From positions 186,001-250,000 of the forward strand of contig CBFDEM010000005.1 of NCBI GenBank assembly GCA_965603825.1: a stretch of DNA of 64,000 nt. Direction: 5' to 3'. Both the position numbers and the translations under genes were made by a program. The notes beneath the pieces were generated by a model. The model worked only from the letters and a program-made list of their open reading frames with translations. It was not told where the DNA came from and did no database searches. Each line of letters opens with the position of its first letter. Position 1 is the stretch's first letter. Of the stretch, positions 10,405 to 23,693 are shown piece after piece. The DNA is from Blepharisma stoltei ATCC 30299. Lineage: Eukaryota; Protista; Ciliophora.

Positions 10405-13400
10405 ATGAGTCTTCCCATAAAACAAACAGGCGATAAACTCAAACCTGAAAACTGACGAGTGATGTACTTATTAAGTCATAATGGAAATTCATTTCAGTCC
10501 ATTAGCAACGAAGTTCGATCTGCAAATTACACCTTGTGGAATCTTCTCCCAAAAAATATTTTTACTCAGTTTTGTGATATTTGATATTTCTGGTTCCTTT
10601 TTATCTCAATTTTACAGCTGAGTTTATCTACTTCCAGTGTAGGTACATCAGCTGTAATTATTCCTTTTATTGTCCTACTTTTTATTACTTTAATTTCAGA
10701 CGCTTACCATGACTTGCCAAAGCACCGGCACGACCAGACTGTTAACAATAAAGAATATTTAGTTTGTGATGGATTTAATTTTGTATTAAAGAAGAGCAAG
10801 GACATTAAAATTGGAGACGTCATTCAAATTAGAGAAAAAGAGACTTGTCCAGCTGATATTTTGATGCTCTGTGTAAAAGGTGGGGAATCTGAAATATTTG
10901 TTGATATGTCTGGGGTAAATGGAGAGCCTACTTTTGAATCGAAAAAGCCTATAAAAGAGACAATGGAATTTACGAGTGAAGCTAATGAGTTTGAAGCGAT
11001 TACACTTATCAGTAGAATAAATGCTATTATAAAAGTCCCAGAAAATAGAATTAGTGGAGAATTTAAAGGTTCCATAAGGCTGGAATCAAATCCTAAATCT
11101 AGTGTAATTTCAAGCTTAAACTATATAAAAAGAGGTGCAAAACCTATAGATGCACAATGGATTTTAGGATTGGTAATATATGCTGGTGAAGATACACCTT
11201 ATAAGCAAAAATTAACAGAGAGGCTTTCTGCGTCTAAGAAAAGGCTAAATAAAGTGGTTTTGATAATGATGATTTTTGCTGGGGTATTTGTTTTGCTTAC
11301 AGTAGTAAATACAATTGAGAATCATCATTATTCAGACAATGAAGGAAACTTGAATTTTATATTGTCTGTTATCGTATTGTATAGCTATCTTGTACCTATT
11401 TCTTTATTTATTGCTTTGAGAGTTACTAAGCTCATTATTTCATTTTCTTTGAGAAAAAGTTACAATATTCGAATAAATGATCTGTCTGCAATAGAAGATG
11501 GAGGCCAAATTGAGTATATTCTTGCAGATAAAACAGGTACTATTACAAATGGAAATTTTCAGCTGCAAGTGTGTATTGTAGCTGGAGATATTTATATGAA
11601 AGATGATTTCGAGTTTTGTCAGTCTCCATATGAATTTTTGACAAGCCCAAAAACTGAAGCTCGGGCACCATTAATAATCCATGACCTTGTAAAGCATAAT
11701 TCAAAAACTTTCAAAACATTCCATGATCTGAGAAGCGACTTTGCCTTAGTCGGACCAAACTCAGTTTTTTACCATTTTACACTATGCATGGCTATCTGCA
11801 ATAGCACATACATGAGAGCTGATCGAGCAATCAGTCCTATTTCAATTGAAGAAAAAGTCATGATAGAAACAAGCAAAGAACTCGGCATTAAATTAAGGAA
11901 AAAAACAAGCCAAATTTACGATGCCATCATTTTCGATGAAGAACTCAAACTCAAAGTAATCGGCTACCAGAGAAAATCCCACAATGCCAAAAAATCACGA
12001 ATCATCGTAAAAAATACCATAACTGGCCATACATTTTTATATGTAAGTGGCTCAAGAGAGCCAATGATGAAACATTTTTACTATTCTTCAGAAGACTCTG
12101 CATATATTGAAGAACTTATTAGCAGATCCGAAATGGTTGATAAAAAAGTTATCATATTCGGCTACAAAGAGCTATCCAAAGAAGAAGTCGAAAAATTTGA
12201 AGTGGATTATTTAAATTTTAAGCTTCTTCCTGTCATAAGTGAAGGAAAAATCGAAGATTTATTCATAAAGCTAGAAGATGAGGTCAGATTTTTAGGAGCA
12301 GTTGGGCTAGAAGAAACTGTTTTAGAAGAAACAAAAGAAGCCATTGCTTCTTTAACACAAGCTGGAATCAAGATATGGGTTCTTAGTGGGGATAATGAAG
12401 AAAATACTTTATGCACAGGCATTGCATCTGGTCTTTTTAAGCCTGGAGCTAATATTTCAAAAATTTCGAATATCACTTCTCCTTGGGATTGCACAGTAGA
12501 GCTGCTTGATCAGATCAAGACAAACCTTTTTCATGTCAATACAAATACGTATATAACACCAGTGCTTGGAAGAGAAAATTCATCTTTTGAAAAATCAGGC
12601 AATAGAAGTCCTCACCATGTACAGTCTAATTTTGAAATGCTTTACCAAAATAGCATACAACACCCTCAAGGATTCACGCCAAGCAATGCAGCTTTTAGAG
12701 TCCGAAGAAAAAGCAAAATGAGGAGAAGATCAGTGAACCCTGTCCTGATCTCTAATCTTTCTAAAGGAAGCAAACTAAGATCTCCTCTTTCAGACACAAT
12801 TATCCCTGAGTCGATTCATTTTGTATTATCAATTGATAGAAGTATCGTTGAATTTGGGTTAAAATCTGAAGAAAACAGAAAATATTTAGCAGCTTTGTTA
12901 TGTGCAGCTGATAGTGTATGTTTCCACTCATTGCTGCCTGATGATAAAACAAAAATTACTAGGTTTTTAAGATACAGATTCTCTTATGATCCAATAATTC
13001 TTGCTATTGGAGACGAAACAAGTGATATTGGAATGATAAAGCATGCAAATATCGGCGTCGGGATCATAAAGGCAAAAACTGAACACATTGGTAAAGCAGC
13101 CATAAGGAAATTTTCGCAGCTTAGGGAGCTGATTTTGTATCAAGGTCATACAAAATTCCTTATATTATCAAAAGTCTTGATGCTTTCATTTTTCATGAAC
13201 TATTTGATTACATTTGTTTTGCTATTCTATTGCAATTCTTCGTTTACTAGTTGCCAATCAATGCTAGATGAAGATTTCATAGTTTTTTATTTATTTTTAC
13301 TAGTATTTGTCCCTATTGTAGGGTCTGGACTTTTTGATGAAGATTTAACTAAAGAGCAGGTTTATAAGTATCCTCAGGTTTATAATGCACGCAACCATTT

Positions 13401-16400
13401 AGCAGTTATAAAGCCTTGGAAATTTTTAGCATCTATGGGTACAGCGTTTATATATGCAATGATTATTTACTTTCCAGTTTATTCTGTATATATAATGAAT
13501 GATAAAGGATTTACCCTTGATTTATACACAATGGAGATCATTATTTATTTATCTTTATATATTATGTCGATGCTTTATATAATAATCCAAACGACTGCAT
13601 TTAATATATGGACTGGATTAGCATATTTAGTTTCCTTGGTTGCTTTGATAATATTTTTGAATGTTGAACATAATGACCCTGACGATGAGCACTATGGAGT
13701 TTTAGACATTTTATACGAAAGTCCACTTCTATGGTGCTATATCATTATTTTACCAGTCATATGTATATGTATAAGCCTTGCTTTTAAGCTTTATATGATA
13801 TTGCTTCATCCTAGTCTCAGCTACTTGATAAAAGTTAAAGGGAAAAAGCTGCTAAATATCAATATTTCTTCAAGACTAGAGGAATTTAAAAGCAAAATGG
13901 AATCAATATATAAAAAATCCAATTCCTTAAAGCATGATCACGATTCTTTTGAAATAAATCCATGGACCTTAAAATTCAGCTCAAAACTAATTGAGAACGA
14001 GTTTCAAATCTATTCAAGCCACAATGTAAACAATTACCGGATCTTTTTAGGGATTTCTTATTTTTCATTCGCAGCGCTTGGAATTTATGAAATTTGTACT
14101 TCAGAAACGACGGAATCTTATGGTATTTTTATTATTGTGACTTTCACACTTTATGCTATTTTATTGATTTCTTCACTTACTTCTATTTTCAACACATATC
14201 ATAAAGAAATGTCAATTTTGGCAGCAGTTTTTAACATTGTTATTTCTATAGTCAATATTTTTATATTTAGTATTCAGCCAACTCAGCTTTATTTATATTG
14301 GTCTCCTCTTTTTCTATTCGCTGAAAGTGGCCTATGGATGGAAATGGGAATAATAACGATCATAACATTCATTATATGTGGTATGTGCAGCATTTATTTC
14401 AATGGAAGAACTGATTGGGACACTTCAAACAAATTAGTGTATTTTTTAGAAATTCTTACCCTTTATATGGCAATGTCCTTAATAGTTGCAGCGAGATTAT
14501 ATGTCGCTTCCAAATCCAAAAGAAATCGTTGGAAATTTTTAAAGAATGTCGACAATGAAATGGAGAAATCAGAGCAAGTCTTAAATTTCGTGCTTCCAGC
14601 CTTTGTAAGAAAAAGAGTAAAAGATGGAATAAGATATATCGCTGAAGACCAAGGGGTCGTATCTGTTCTATTTTGCGATATTGATAATTTTGATGAAATT
14701 CTTTCAAACTATCCCAGCAGTGAAATCACTCAATTTCTCGACGAAATTTATAGGAAGTTTGATAATATTTGTGACACAACTGGAGTAACTAAAATAGAAA
14801 CAGTCGGAAATGTTTACATGGCTTGTGCAGGGCTAAAAGACAGCGAAATGGAGCTGCCTTCTTATTTCAGGTCAATCTCCCATTCTAGAAGATGCATTGA
14901 AATGGGTTTGAAAATTTTAAGCACAGTTGATAAAATTTATTTGAATAAAGGAGAGTCTCTGAAGGTCAAGATTGGTATTCACACAGGCCCGGTGACTGCT
15001 GGAGTTGTAGGATACCATAAGCCTCAGTTTTCCCTTGTTGGTGATACTGTAAATACAGCTAGTAGGATGGCTTCTACCCTTAATGACCCTCTAATGATAC
15101 AGATTTCAGAAGACACTTACTCACATCTCGATGACTTATCAGGACTGTCTTTTACCAAAAGAACAGTCAGCGTTAAAGGTAAAGGGAACATGAATACAGT
15201 ACTAGTAAGCTTCAACCAATCTTCAGATATCAGTCTCAAAGATATGGAGCCACTTCTACCTACTCTTCAATATGGGAATAACAGCTCCATGATAAGAGCT
15301 AATTTTAGAAGCACCATGAGATTAGACTCAGTTGCTTTTAATAACCATTCAGCCAAGTCATCCACTGTATTTACAGACCGAAGATCATCTGATTTATCAA
15401 ATTCTAATATAAAGCTCCCAACACAAGATTTCAGTATATGAGAACTTTGTCCTTTCAATACTAGTGAAACCCACCAAGATAGAATGGTCAGGCATCAAAT
15501 GCTTGATAATTATTCAAATGCTTTATTTTTTGGAACTCTTGTTGGGTTTTTCTGTAATTTTATTATGATGGCTACAAATTTAGCAACTATGATTACTGAG
15601 GATCAAAATGCTTATAGTATAGCTGATTTTTGTTTTTATATTACGAAAACTATCCTTTTTGGATTAATTTTACTTACTATAAGGAGATTCTATCGGAAAA
15701 AATATTTTTCAATTATGCTTGAAGCCACTTATACAATGTCAATAATTGCAAAATTAATTATAGGATTCTATCAAACTGAAATATCAGAAGAGCTTTCAAC
15801 AGAAGCTTATTTATTTTTAATGTACTTTATTCTACTACAATGCACAGGATTATTTTTCAAAAATATTTTCGTGGTATCATTATTAGTAGTTATTTTTTGG
15901 ATTATTTCACTATTTTTCTCAGGCCACGAGTTCCCAGTAGAAGAAGCTATTATAGTATTTGGGTTCACTTCAGTTGTGCAATTTGTGACATTTTACAGAG
16001 AAAGAAACCTCAGGATTTTTTTGGATATTGAAAACACATCACATAAAGAGCTTGAAAAAATTGAAGCTTTATTGACTCAGATGATGCCTCCTCATGTGTT
16101 TCAAAACCTAAGAGAAGAAATCGCGATTACAGATAGCTTTAATAATGTAACTGTCCTATATGCTGATATTGCTGGGTTTACAGCTTGGTCTTCTAATAAA
16201 GAAGCTATAGAAGTCGTTGGGATGCTTTCAAACTTTTTCACACGGTTCGACAAGCTTTGTGTAGAGCACAACGTATATAAAGTCCACACAATTGGAGATT
16301 GCTATGTCGCAATGGGTCTTAACGGCACTGATTTTGAAAGAAACCCATCCCAAGAGTGCTTAAATATCATAAACTTCGCACACGCTCTATTAGAGACTAT

Positions 16401-16713
16401 AGAAATCGTAAATGCCGATTCCTTTTTGAGCTTGAAAATGAGGATTGGGATCCATACAGGCAGTATAATCGGAGGGATTGCAGGAGCTACCATTATAAGA
16501 TATGATATTTTTGGCTCTGATGTGATAATTGCGAATAAGATGGAAAGCAATGGAGTTCCAGGGTCAATTTGTGTGAGTGAAGATACCATGACGATTATTG
16601 AAAGCTATAAGCCAGGGATGTTCAAGTTTAATCGTCATCAGGATGTCCAGATACCCACAGCCGATAGAACAATAAAGACTTATCTTTTAGAAAAGGACGA
16701 AAATGTAGTTTAA
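10405..16713 (+). CDS. P4-ATPase-guanylyl cyclase fusion (alveolate-type bifunctional GC), copy A, 2102 aa
   Basis: ATG 10405; TGA=Trp at 10453, 10582 and 15439; TAA 16711. P4-ATPase motifs NYTLWNLLPKNIFTQF, VPISL, DKTGT, SGD, AIGDETSD. Then two TM blocks and two cyclase domains (FCDI..KIETVGNVY..GDTVNTASRM; YADI..HTIGDCY..RYDIFG). Confidence 0.93.
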
Positions 16714-17302
16714 ACTTGCGCTGTTGTAAACTAATAAGTTATTTTTATATAATCAGTAATAAGTAATCGTGAAGAATTAAAATGAATAAAGTTTTATGAG
16801 CACTCAGCTTATTGCTATAAGTCAAGTTTTAATGTTTTGTAAAGTATGCGAAATATTTTAAGTGAATTTAGCAATGGAGTCTAATAATTGTAAATTTTTG
16901 ATTGCAAAAATACTGTATGGGCCATTTTGGACTTTTTCTCATAAAATTTCCATCAATTTACCAATTGGGTATTCAGGTAGATCACTATAATATAGGATCA
17001 TACTTTTTTGGTAAATTGTCACTTTACTGACAATCCAGGAGAAGCTGACTATGGCAGCAGCTTTCAGGAAAAAATTATTTGGAAAAGATATTTAATGACT
17101 TCTCCTATAAAAAATATTAAACATCCATCACAGATCTTAAAATCGAGAAAATCGTTTCTTTAAATTAATTCACATAATAATCATTCTCAGCTTTTATCTC
17201 TAATTGCTATCACCGCCTCACCAGTAACCAGCCAGACCCTACAGAAGCTATCCCACTTCATTAATTTGATTTTGAATAAAATAGGTTTCACATAATAAAA
17301 TA

Positions 17303-20300
17303 ATGAGCTTAACCTTAAGACAGCCACTTGGAAGCATTAAAGCTGAAAACTGACGTGTTATACATTTGCTATCAAATAAGACAAATTCATTTCGCTCCAT
17401 TAGCAATGAGTATAATACAGCTAGATATACTCTTTGAAACCTAATTCCCAAGAACATCTTTAATCAATTTCAAAATGCATGATATCTTTGGTTTCTCTTT
17501 ATTTCCATTCTGCAGCTTTATGTATCACCTAATAGCGCTTGAAGTTCGGGAATCGTTGTCCCATTCTTAGTTTTGATTTTTTTGATTCTTGTCACAGATG
17601 GTTATTACGACCTGCACAAACACAAGTACGATTATATGGTAAACAATAAAATTTATCATGTATGAGATGGAAGTAATTTTTCTATTAAAAAAAGCAAGGA
17701 CATAAGAATTGGCGAAATCATAAAGCTCAGAGAAAATGAGTATTGCCCAGTTAATATTTTGCTGCTTTGTGCTAAAGATGGGGAATCTGAAATTTATGTC
17801 GATGTCGCAAAAGTCATAGGAGAAGCAAGCTTTGACTCAAAAAAGCCAGTCAAAGAGACCATGGAGTTTTCAAAAGAAACAGACGAAATTGGAACAATTC
17901 CTTTGATGAGCAGAATCAATGCGACAATCAAAATTCCAGAACGAATGAGTCACAGCGAGTTTAAAGGGTCTATAAGGCTGGAATCAAACCCGAAGTCGAC
18001 GTCACTTTCCTTGTCCAACTGCATATTTAAAGGCTCAAAATTAATCGGCGTGGAATGAGTATTAGGGGTTGTCATGTACGTTAACGAAAACCCTATCTAC
18101 AAGCAGCAGTTTTTTGAAAGTATGTCAGTTTATCGAAGCAAAGCTAACAAAATTGTGGTCTTTAGCGTTATTTTTGCATTTGTAATTATAGCTATAAGCC
18201 TTATTTACAATTCAGAGAAATCATATGATTTCGATAGTGGTCATACTGAATTTTGTCTGAGTACAATAACTTTGTATAGCTATATGCTGCCGATCTCTTT
18301 ATTTATACTGCTAAGATCAATAAAAGCAATACAGTCTACAAGATTGAGAAAAAATCATAACATTATGCTGACTTCTTTAAAAGGCAGCGAAGACCTAGGA
18401 CAAATTGAATATATCCTTACTGATAAAACTGGGACTGTCACTAATGGGGATATACAGCTTAAAACTTGTGTAGTCGATAACGAAACTTATACGAGGGACG
18501 ACGATTTTAATCAGCCGTTCTCTATTGAAGCAGGAGTTATGAGTCTTGGGTCTGATTATGGGGACCAGCTAGTTATACCTGATGGTGCTCCTGTAAATAC
18601 TTCAAGGGTGTTTAAAAATTTTATTGACTTAAAGCACGAGTTCAGCTCCCATGGAGTCACGAACTCAATATACTACCATTTCGTAATGTGTATGGTAATG
18701 TGCAACAGCGGCTACATGAGAAGTGACAAATCCTTCAGTCCTGTCTCAATTGAAGAAAAAGCCATCATTGAAACCTGCAAAGAGCTTGGGATTGAGCTCA
18801 TCAAAAGAACTAAGCGTGGCTACAAATTAATTGTCCTTGACGAAGAAGTTAAGCTAAAAGTCATCGGCTTTCAAAGGCGTTCTCATATAGTAACAAAATC
18901 CAGGATAGTCGTAAAAAATCCTCAGACTGGAAAGTCAGTCCTTTATGTGAGCGGGTCCAGAGAAAGTATGCTGAAAATGTTCTCGTCGTCTGCTGATGAA
19001 GACACTGATTATATCACTGAGTCCATAAATAACGCAGACACCGCAAATAAAAAAATTATTTTACTTGGGTATAGAGATTTGACTGAAAAAGAATGCGAGG
19101 ATTTTGAAATCAGCTACCATAATTCTAGACTGCTGCCTGTTATTAGTGAAGAAAAGATTGAAGACTTGTTTACTCAGCTTGAAAAAGAAGTGAAGTATTT
19201 AGGAGCGATTGGGCTTGAAGAAACGGTTCTGGAAGAAACAAAAGACGCGATTTCTGCACTGCAGAAAGCAGAGATTAAGCTGTGAATGCTGAGCGGGGAT
19301 AATGAAGAAAATACGATATGTGCAGCATTTGCGTCAGGGATTTTAGATCCTAATGTAAATGTGGCACAGCTGACTAACATAACCTCTTCATTTGACTGTA
19401 CTATTGAAATGATCGACCTTATCAAGCTGCATTTTTATCAAAAAACTACTACAACTGCAAACGACAACACTTCTATGTGTATCCCTTCAGACGAAGAAGA
19501 TCCAGACACTAAATCTCCTCCTCCTATTTTTCCAGCTCGCCGTAAGCGAACTGGTGCTGGCACTTTTATTTCGAAAATGTCACAAATAAACTTGTCAGTC
19601 CCTCCTCACCGTTCTTTTAAGCGAAGAAGCAAATCAAGCCGGCGGTCGATGAACCCTGCTGTTTTATCAAATATGCCCAAAACTCAGCTAGAGTCGCCTT
19701 TATCAAGCCCAATAGATGCAGATACCGTTCATTTTGTGCTTTCTATTGATAGAAGTGGGGTGCTGTTCGGAATGAGCACTGAGGAAAACCGTAAATATTT
19801 TGCAACCATTATATGTGCAGCCGAGTGCATTGTTTTCCATTCTCTGCTGCCTGAAGATAAAGTCAGGATCGTGAAGTTCTTAAGGGAAAGAGTCTCATAT
19901 AAGCCAATTATTTTAGCAATTGGAGATGGGGCTAGTGACTGAGGAATGATACAGCAAGCCCACGTAGGAGTTGGGATTGTAGGCTGTGCAAGTGAGTATT
20001 CAGGAAATGTATCACTGAGAAGGTTTTCTCAGTTAAAAGAGCTCCTGCTTTGCCAAGGACATACAATGATGGTAAACATTTCTAAAGTGTTGTGTATGAC
20101 ATATTTCATGGGCTATTTGGCTTCTTTTGTGATGTTTTTCTATTGTAACGCAGAAGGATCTTGATGTAGAGAATTTTTTGATAGAAAGCTGATCCACTAT
20201 TATTTTTTTATGATCACTTTTCTTCCTATACTGGCAAATGGGGTTTTTGATGAAGAGTTATCAAGACATCAGATTGATAAAAATCCAAAAATTTATAGGG

Positions 20301-23300
20301 CAACTTTTTTCCACTCAGCATCTTGGATCAGCTACTTTAAAACTGTGATAACTGCGTTTATATATGCAGTCATTATTTATTTCCCAACGTATTCGATACA
20401 GACTGCTATTAATGATAGAGGGTTTACTGACAATGCGGCTGTTATTGAAATCACTGTCTATTTTGCAACTGTGGGAGCTTCGTGGCTTTATATCATTATA
20501 GAAACAAAATCTGTGAGTAAGTGGACTGTTGGATCTTTAATACTGTCATTAGTATCTCTTATTATTTATGTAAATACAGCCTTTGAAGATGATGGAAATT
20601 ACCATTATGGGGTTCTAGACATGCTTTATAGCAGCCCTATGTTGATTCTCTATATGTTTATGGCTCCTCTTGTCTGTTTTGCGTTTAATCTCTCATTCAA
20701 ACTTGCTAAAACTTTATTCAGTCCTGATATTTTTAGCATTATAAGAGCTAAAAAAGAGTTTAAACTCAGCATGAGTATACTTCCAAGGCTTCATCAATTC
20801 AAAAATAAGCTTGAATCTATTTACAGACGATCAGGAATAATCCACCACTCCTATGACTCTTTTGAAATTAATCCATTTACTTTAAGATTCAGATCTCAGC
20901 AGGTCGAAAAAGAGTTCCAAGTGTATTCTTCTCATAACTCAAATAATATCAGAGCTCTGCTTGTCTTTGTGTTTATTTCCTATCTGATTTCTTGCATATA
21001 TGAATACTTCGACGTTGACCATTCTGATGCTTATTTAATTTATCTTACAATTACCCTTAGCTCTTATTTGATTTTTGTATCGATTTCGTTGACTCATTTA
21101 TTTCCGATGTATTGTAAGGAATTAATATTGACGACCCTTGTATTTAATATTGGCATTATTTACGTAAATGCTTTTGCGTTCCATAAGTATCAAATGACTA
21201 TTTATTTATACTGGTCACCTATATATCTGCTTGGGGCAAGTGGAGGAATTTGAATAGAAATGACTACCATTTGCTTGATCAGCTGGGGGTGCTTATTCGG
21301 GCTTGTTTTGTCAGATAACTGCACTTTATATTCAGGCTCTGACAATCGAGCCATTTTTGCAATAGAAACAATTTCTATTTATTTAGCAATGTGTATAATC
21401 TCAGCTATACGAGGCTACTCCGCTTCAAAAACCAAAAGAATCCGATGGACACTCATCAAAAAAGTTGAAGGCGAAATAGAAAAATCTGAACAGGTTTTAA
21501 GCTTTGTCCTGCCTGCATTCGTAAGGAAAAGGGTAAAAGATGGGATCAGATACATTACTGAGGACCAAGGGGTGGTATCTGTGCTTTTTTGTGATATAGA
21601 CGACTTTGAAAATATCATCACAAACTACCCGAGCAGCGAAACTGCCCAGTTTCTTGATGAGGTTTATAAAAAATTCGATACCATTTGTGAACAAACTGGC
21701 GTCACCAAAATAGAAACCGTAGGAAACGTGTATATGGCCTGTGCAGGCCTTAAAGATAGCGAGGCAGAGCTTCCTTCGTATTTTCGAAACATATCTCACG
21801 CAAGACGTACAATAGAAATGGGATTAAAAATTCTCAGTACAGTAGAAAAAATTTATCTGGGCAAAGGAGAGCCGCTAAGAGTAAACATCGGGATTCACAC
21901 AGGGCCAGTGACAGCTGGGGTTGTCGGCTACCACAAGCCTCAGTTTTCGCTTGTGGGGGATACAGTCAATACTGCAAGCAGAATGGCTTCGACATTAAAA
22001 GACCCAAGCATGATTCAAATTTCAGAAAGCACCCTGAAGGACCTTGACGATAAGTCAGGGTTGAATTTTATTAAGCAATCTGTGGATATCAAAGGAAAAG
22101 GAAACATGAATACCATTCTTGTCAGCCTAAATAAGTCTCCAGAAACCACTACGAGGGAAAACGAGCCTCTGCTGCCCGCAATTCATTCAAATGTAAGCAG
22201 TCCTGAGCTGAAAGCGATCAGAGTCCGAAACAGCTTGCAAATTGAAATGAATGACGCCCCGACTTATTCTCCATTATCGTCAACGATCTATACTGAGTGC
22301 AAGTCAACTGATTTTCAAGCGTTTAATCCTCACAAGCAAGGCCGGAAATTCAACTTTATGCAGATTTGTCCGTTTAATTACCATGAAAGTTTGCAAGATA
22401 AAGAGCTGAGGACTCAAATGTTGAAAAATTATTCTTTTACGATCTTTGGAGGGTTCATTATTTGTTGCTGTATAAACTGGATCCTATTTGGGACAAATCT
22501 GGCTGCAATGCTTGCAAATAAAGATGATTTTTATAAGCAGCTGGATTTTGGCACTTATACGTTTGAGGCGATATTTTTTACTATTCCATTGGTGGTTATT
22601 AAGAAGCTGTATAAAAATAAATCATTTGGAGTTATATTAGAAATCACCTGTGTCCAAGCAATCATCATTATATTGATTATGGAGTTTTGGGACCCTTTTA
22701 AAAGTGACCAAATCTCGGCGAATGAATATTTATACCTTATGTATTTTATCCTACTTCAATGCACTGGTCTTTTTTTCAAAAATTTAGTGATGGTTTCTTT
22801 ATCTTTAGCTGTCTTCTGGATAATTGCAATCAATCTAAACGGCTCCTCTTACCCATTTGAGTTAACTGTATTTGCCATATTTTATACATTTATAATCCAA
22901 TTTATAGCTCATTACCGTGAAAAAAACCTTAAAAAATTCTTAGAAATAGAAGAAAGCTCCAACAAAGAGCTCGAAAAAATTGAAGCTTTACTGACCCAAA
23001 TGATGCCATCTCATGTATTTGAAAACCTTCGCGAAGAAAAAGCTACAGCAGACACATTCTCCAATGTAACTATTTTATATGCAGACATCGTCGGCTTTAC
23101 AGCTTGGTCTTCCAATAAAGACTCCAAAGAAGTTGTAGGCATGCTATCTGAGTTTTTTACTAGATTTGACAAACTATGTGTAGAGAACAACATCTATAAA
23201 GTCCACACCATTGGAGACTGCTACGTCGCAATGAGTTTAAATGGGATTGATTTCGAAAGAAATCCTTCCCAAGAGTGCTTAAACGTCATAAATTTCGCCC

Positions 23301-23626
23301 AGTCTTTACTTGATACTATTGATATGGTAAATACCGAGCTCATGCTGAATTTGTCAATGAGGATTGGGATTCATACAGGCAGCATTATTGGAGGAATTGC
23401 TGGTGCCACAATAGTGAGATATGACATATATGGAGCTGATGTGCTTATTGCGAATAAAATGGAAAGCAATGGGGTTCCTGGATCTATTGCAGTGAGCGAA
23501 GACACGATGACTTTAATTGAAAGCTACAAGCCTGGGATGTTTGACTTTGAATTCCATAAAGAAGTAGCTATTCCTTCTATCAATAGGACAATAAATGCAT
23601 ATATTTTGCAAGCAAATGTGAAATAA
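17303..23626 (+). CDS. P4-ATPase-guanylyl cyclase fusion, copy B (tandem paralog), 2107 aa
   Basis: One continuous frame through 10 in-frame TGA (17351, 17435, 17480, 17540, 17663, 18056, 19283, 19940, 20162, 21251). Colinear with copy A, with the same domain motifs (DKTGTVT, GDGASD, KIETVGNVY, HTIGDCY); TAA stop. Confidence 0.93.
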
Positions 23627-23693
23627 TAAATTAACTTGAAAAATTCAAGCATAATTTAGATAAAAAGACTTTTAAGAGCATTTTATTTAAAAA

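Noticed and set aside
12043-12058. GTAAGT...AG 16-mer in cyclase A as an intron (similar candidates near 7925 and 25422)
   Set aside because: Removal would frameshift a conserved frame, or no AG lies at 15/16 nt; the paralog encodes the same YVSGSRE peptide.
17041-17064. Small hairpin GAAGCTG...CAGCTTT between the cyclase genes
   Set aside because: A 7-bp stem with no recognisable ncRNA motif; compatible with chance.
17303-23626. Cyclase copy B, kinesin, HK and the surface protein as pseudogenes or multi-gene operons
   Set aside because: All breaks are in-frame TGA at Trp-compatible positions; there are no frameshifts and no internal TAA/TAG.
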